From Nitrospinales bacterium (GTDB lineage: Bacteria > Nitrospinota > Nitrospinia > Nitrospinales > VA-1), in contig CBDCXL010000002.1 of assembly GCA_965223795.1 (NCBI GenBank), positions 3,186,953-3,250,952 on the forward strand: a stretch of 64,000 nt of DNA. The letters are read 5' to 3'. The notes under the pieces are model-generated. The model saw only the letters and a program-made list of their open reading frames with translations, did not search any database and had not been told where the DNA came from. Position numbers and translations under genes: made by a program. This document shows, one piece after another, positions 61,808 through 64,000 of this stretch (position 1 is its first letter; each line of letters starts with the position of its first letter).

Positions 61808-62995
61808 TCAAGCGCCGGGAATCGGAATGCGAGCCCAAATGGGCATGTGATCCGATACGTCCGCGTTCGCGCGCCGGAGCAGATCTTTTTTCTTCGCGGC
61901 GCTCAGGTTGGCGAAGGGGGTGCCGTGGAGGGCGTCGGCGAACAGTTCGATGAAATCGAAGACGCCGAAATCGTAGCCGTTGGGTCCGTTCTGGCCCGCT
62001 TCCCGGTTGGCGTCCGTCTTAGGCAGTTTTTTTTCCTTTTTATCGATGAAAAAGGCGATGTGATCGAAGGTTTCGTCTTTTCTGGCATTCGTGTTGAAAA
62101 GAGCGGTCTGAGTGGGGTGGACGTCAAGGAAGGGGAAATTGACGCGCGCCGCGTTTTGACCGGTCAGCAGCGTGCTGTTGAGCTGATGCAGTTTCAGAAT
62201 GATATTGGAGAGTCTGACGGACGGGCTGTCGAAATTCATGTTCAGGTCGGCCAACAGAATGATGTTTTTAAAGTACATCCGCTTCGCCGCCTTGGCTCTA
62301 TGAATGACCCAATCCATCAGGGCGAAAAACTCGCGCGTGCGCTCGTCCTTGCTCTTGCCATACAGGGTGTGCGCGTTGACGGCGAGAAATTCGATCGGGC
62401 CGGAGCCGTTCTTGCCGCGGATTGAGAAAGAGGCGCAATGAGGCGTGCGGATGAACGTTAAAAAAGCGGGGTGCGCGACGTCGCTCAGGGTTCTGGGTTT
62501 TTTGCCCTGCTGCTTGCGGATAATATTGTCATTATCCAGATCAGTAAAGAATGTATTCCAGGTGTCGATCCCCTGTTTCAGGGAGTGGATCACGATGGAG
62601 CGGTCGTACGAGATGTCGGAGACCAGCTCCTTCAGCTCGATCCTGGATGGGCGGTAGAAAAAGGCCAGACGCTCGCGCAGGCCGCGCGAGCCCGGGAACG
62701 CTCCCGTTGTGTCGGACACCACCAGTTTGTAGCCCGAGCCCAGGGAATCGTGGAGACGGCGTATGCCGGAGAGATCGTCCATCACTTCCTGGAGAGCCAA
62801 CAGATCGAAACGGGAAACAAAGCGTTTTAAAAAATCCCAGTTTTTCGCCTTGTCCGTGTCTTTGCCAAGCTTGAGAGCGTTGAAGGAACCGATGACGACC
62901 GAACCGCTGCGTCTTATGGGCAGGCCGAAACGTCTGGGGTTCTGCCCAAGCGTGTGATTGATCTTTTGCCACTGAAGATCGGTGAATCCGGCCAT
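61808..62995 (-). CDS. Endonuclease/exonuclease/phosphatase family protein
   Basis: SFNA, ALQEV, RTP, NAH, LADLN, FDHI, SDHMP. Confidence 0.85.
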   Translation of the reverse strand: MAGFTDLQWQKINHTLGQNPRRFGLPIRRSGSVVIGSFNALKLGKDTDKAKNWDFLKRFVSRFDLLALQEVMDDLSGIRRLHDSLGSGYKLVVSDTTGAFPGSRGLRERLAFFYRPSRIELKELVSDISYDRSIVIHSLKQGIDTWNTFFTDLDNDNIIRKQQGKKPRTLSDVAHPAFLTFIRTPHCASFSIRGKNGSGPIEFLAVNAHTLYGKSKDERTREFFALMDWVIHRAKAAKRMYFKNIILLADLNMNFDSPSVRLSNIILKLHQLNSTLLTGQNAARVNFPFLDVHPTQTALFNTNARKDETFDHIAFFIDKKEKKLPKTDANREAGQNGPNGYDFGVFDFIELFADALHGTPFANLSAAKKKDLLRRANADVSDHMPIWARIPIPGA

Positions 62996-63157
62996 GGTCC
63001 AGGAATTTGCATCAAAGAGGCCCGTTCATTAAGGCAGGTCGTTTGGGCACATCGGCGGGCAAAAATATATTAGGGCAAAAGGATGGGACCTGGCAATGAA
63101 AAACAAATGCCCTTCGGCTACTATTATTCTAAGGAAATGCGGAGGATGAAGAGGTGT

Positions 63158-63820
63158 TCAAAAATTGTAACGAAGCCCGACGGATAATGAGAAACTGTCG
63201 TACTCCGATTCGAGATCGACAAAATCGACAGGCGCGGGACCGCCGAAGCGTGTCAGTTCCGGGTCGTCGAGTACGAAAAAGCGGGCGTCGCCTACCAGGG
63301 AGATTTCCCGGGTGAGCAGATACTCTCCCCCTATGAGCAGCTGGTATGCGAAGGCGGTATCATCGTCGTCGATGAACGCCGCGGCATAACTGACATCGGC
63401 TTCGATGTTGGCAATCCCGATGCCCACGCCGACAAATGGTTTGAATCGCTTGGATAAAAGATTGAAGTCGTAATACAGGTTCACCAGACCCGCCAGCACC
63501 TCTTCCTCGCCCCGGCCGTTTTGTTCCGCGCCGTTGAAAAAGATTTCATCGACGTCGTTTTCACGGTAGGACAATTCGGCTTCCGCGCGGAACCGGCCGA
63601 ATTCGCTGCCGCGGAATTTGTAGCCGAGGTGGCCGGAGAACAAAAGGCCGGTGTCGAAATCCAGGTCCACGGCGCGGCTGGGGCCGAGGTTCTGCTGATC
63701 TTCCTGGTAATTCAAACCCAGATTGATTCCCGTGTACCATCCACTGTCGGCCGCTGCGTTTGAGGCCGTGAGGAATACAACCGCGACGACGGCGAGAAGA
63801 TGTTGTTTTGTGTTCGGCAT
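63158..63820 (-). CDS. Outer-membrane beta-barrel protein (OmpA-like/opacity type)
   Basis: Signal peptide, RAEAELSY, KPFVGVGIG, C-terminal GLRYNF. Confidence 0.85.
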   Translation of the reverse strand: MPNTKQHLLAVVAVVFLTASNAAADSGWYTGINLGLNYQEDQQNLGPSRAVDLDFDTGLLFSGHLGYKFRGSEFGRFRAEAELSYRENDVDEIFFNGAEQNGRGEEEVLAGLVNLYYDFNLLSKRFKPFVGVGIGIANIEADVSYAAAFIDDDDTAFAYQLLIGGEYLLTREISLVGDARFFVLDDPELTRFGGPAPVDFVDLESEYDSFSLSVGLRYNF

Positions 63821-64000
63821 GATGAGCATTCCCGTTTTTGATTGTGTGGGTCCTGCACTGGCTGTATTCAGAATAAGTTATATTGAGAGTGGGAAGAGGG
63901 CGTGCGTCACATGCAAGGGTGATTTGCGCTACAGTCCGCAGGAATTGCGGCTTGCTGTGCCGGGGAAAATGAGACAAAAATGGCAATTAAAACCGGTTTA

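Overview
Bacterial chromosomal window. The GC-rich backbone, tandem DUF3365 heme proteins, PRDFT-type cytochromes c and sigma-54 promoters suggest a Nitrospinota/Nitrospina-like organism; this is an inference and is unverified. Roughly 1-32.6 kb is a large Wzx/Wzy-type surface polysaccharide locus. Its GC-richer left part holds a WbpA-like dehydrogenase, a phosphoglycosyl-transferase/dehydratase fusion, an outer-membrane beta-barrel and a short Wza. Its visibly AT-rich core (~8.5-30.5 kb) encodes Wzy, Wzc, Wzx, glycosyltransferases and a dense set of tailoring enzymes: split transketolase, DegT aminotransferase, 2 deacetylases, an AsnB-like amidotransferase, 2 FemAB/GNAT proteins and a dimethylformamidase-like protein. 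The locus ends in a NamH-like MBL-Rieske hydroxylase carrying a fused IS3-type HTH. The remainder (32.6-64 kb) is GC-rich: an ALS-like ThDP enzyme plus ALDH divergent from gdhA, msrAB, typA, envelope proteins, a Tes/MJ0619-related radical SAM-DUF547-MauE operon, cytochromes c, a dispersed ~76-bp intergenic repeat family and a MITE-like element. No rRNA, tRNA, CRISPR array or intact transposase was recognised. All family calls come from motif recognition by eye; no database searches were run.
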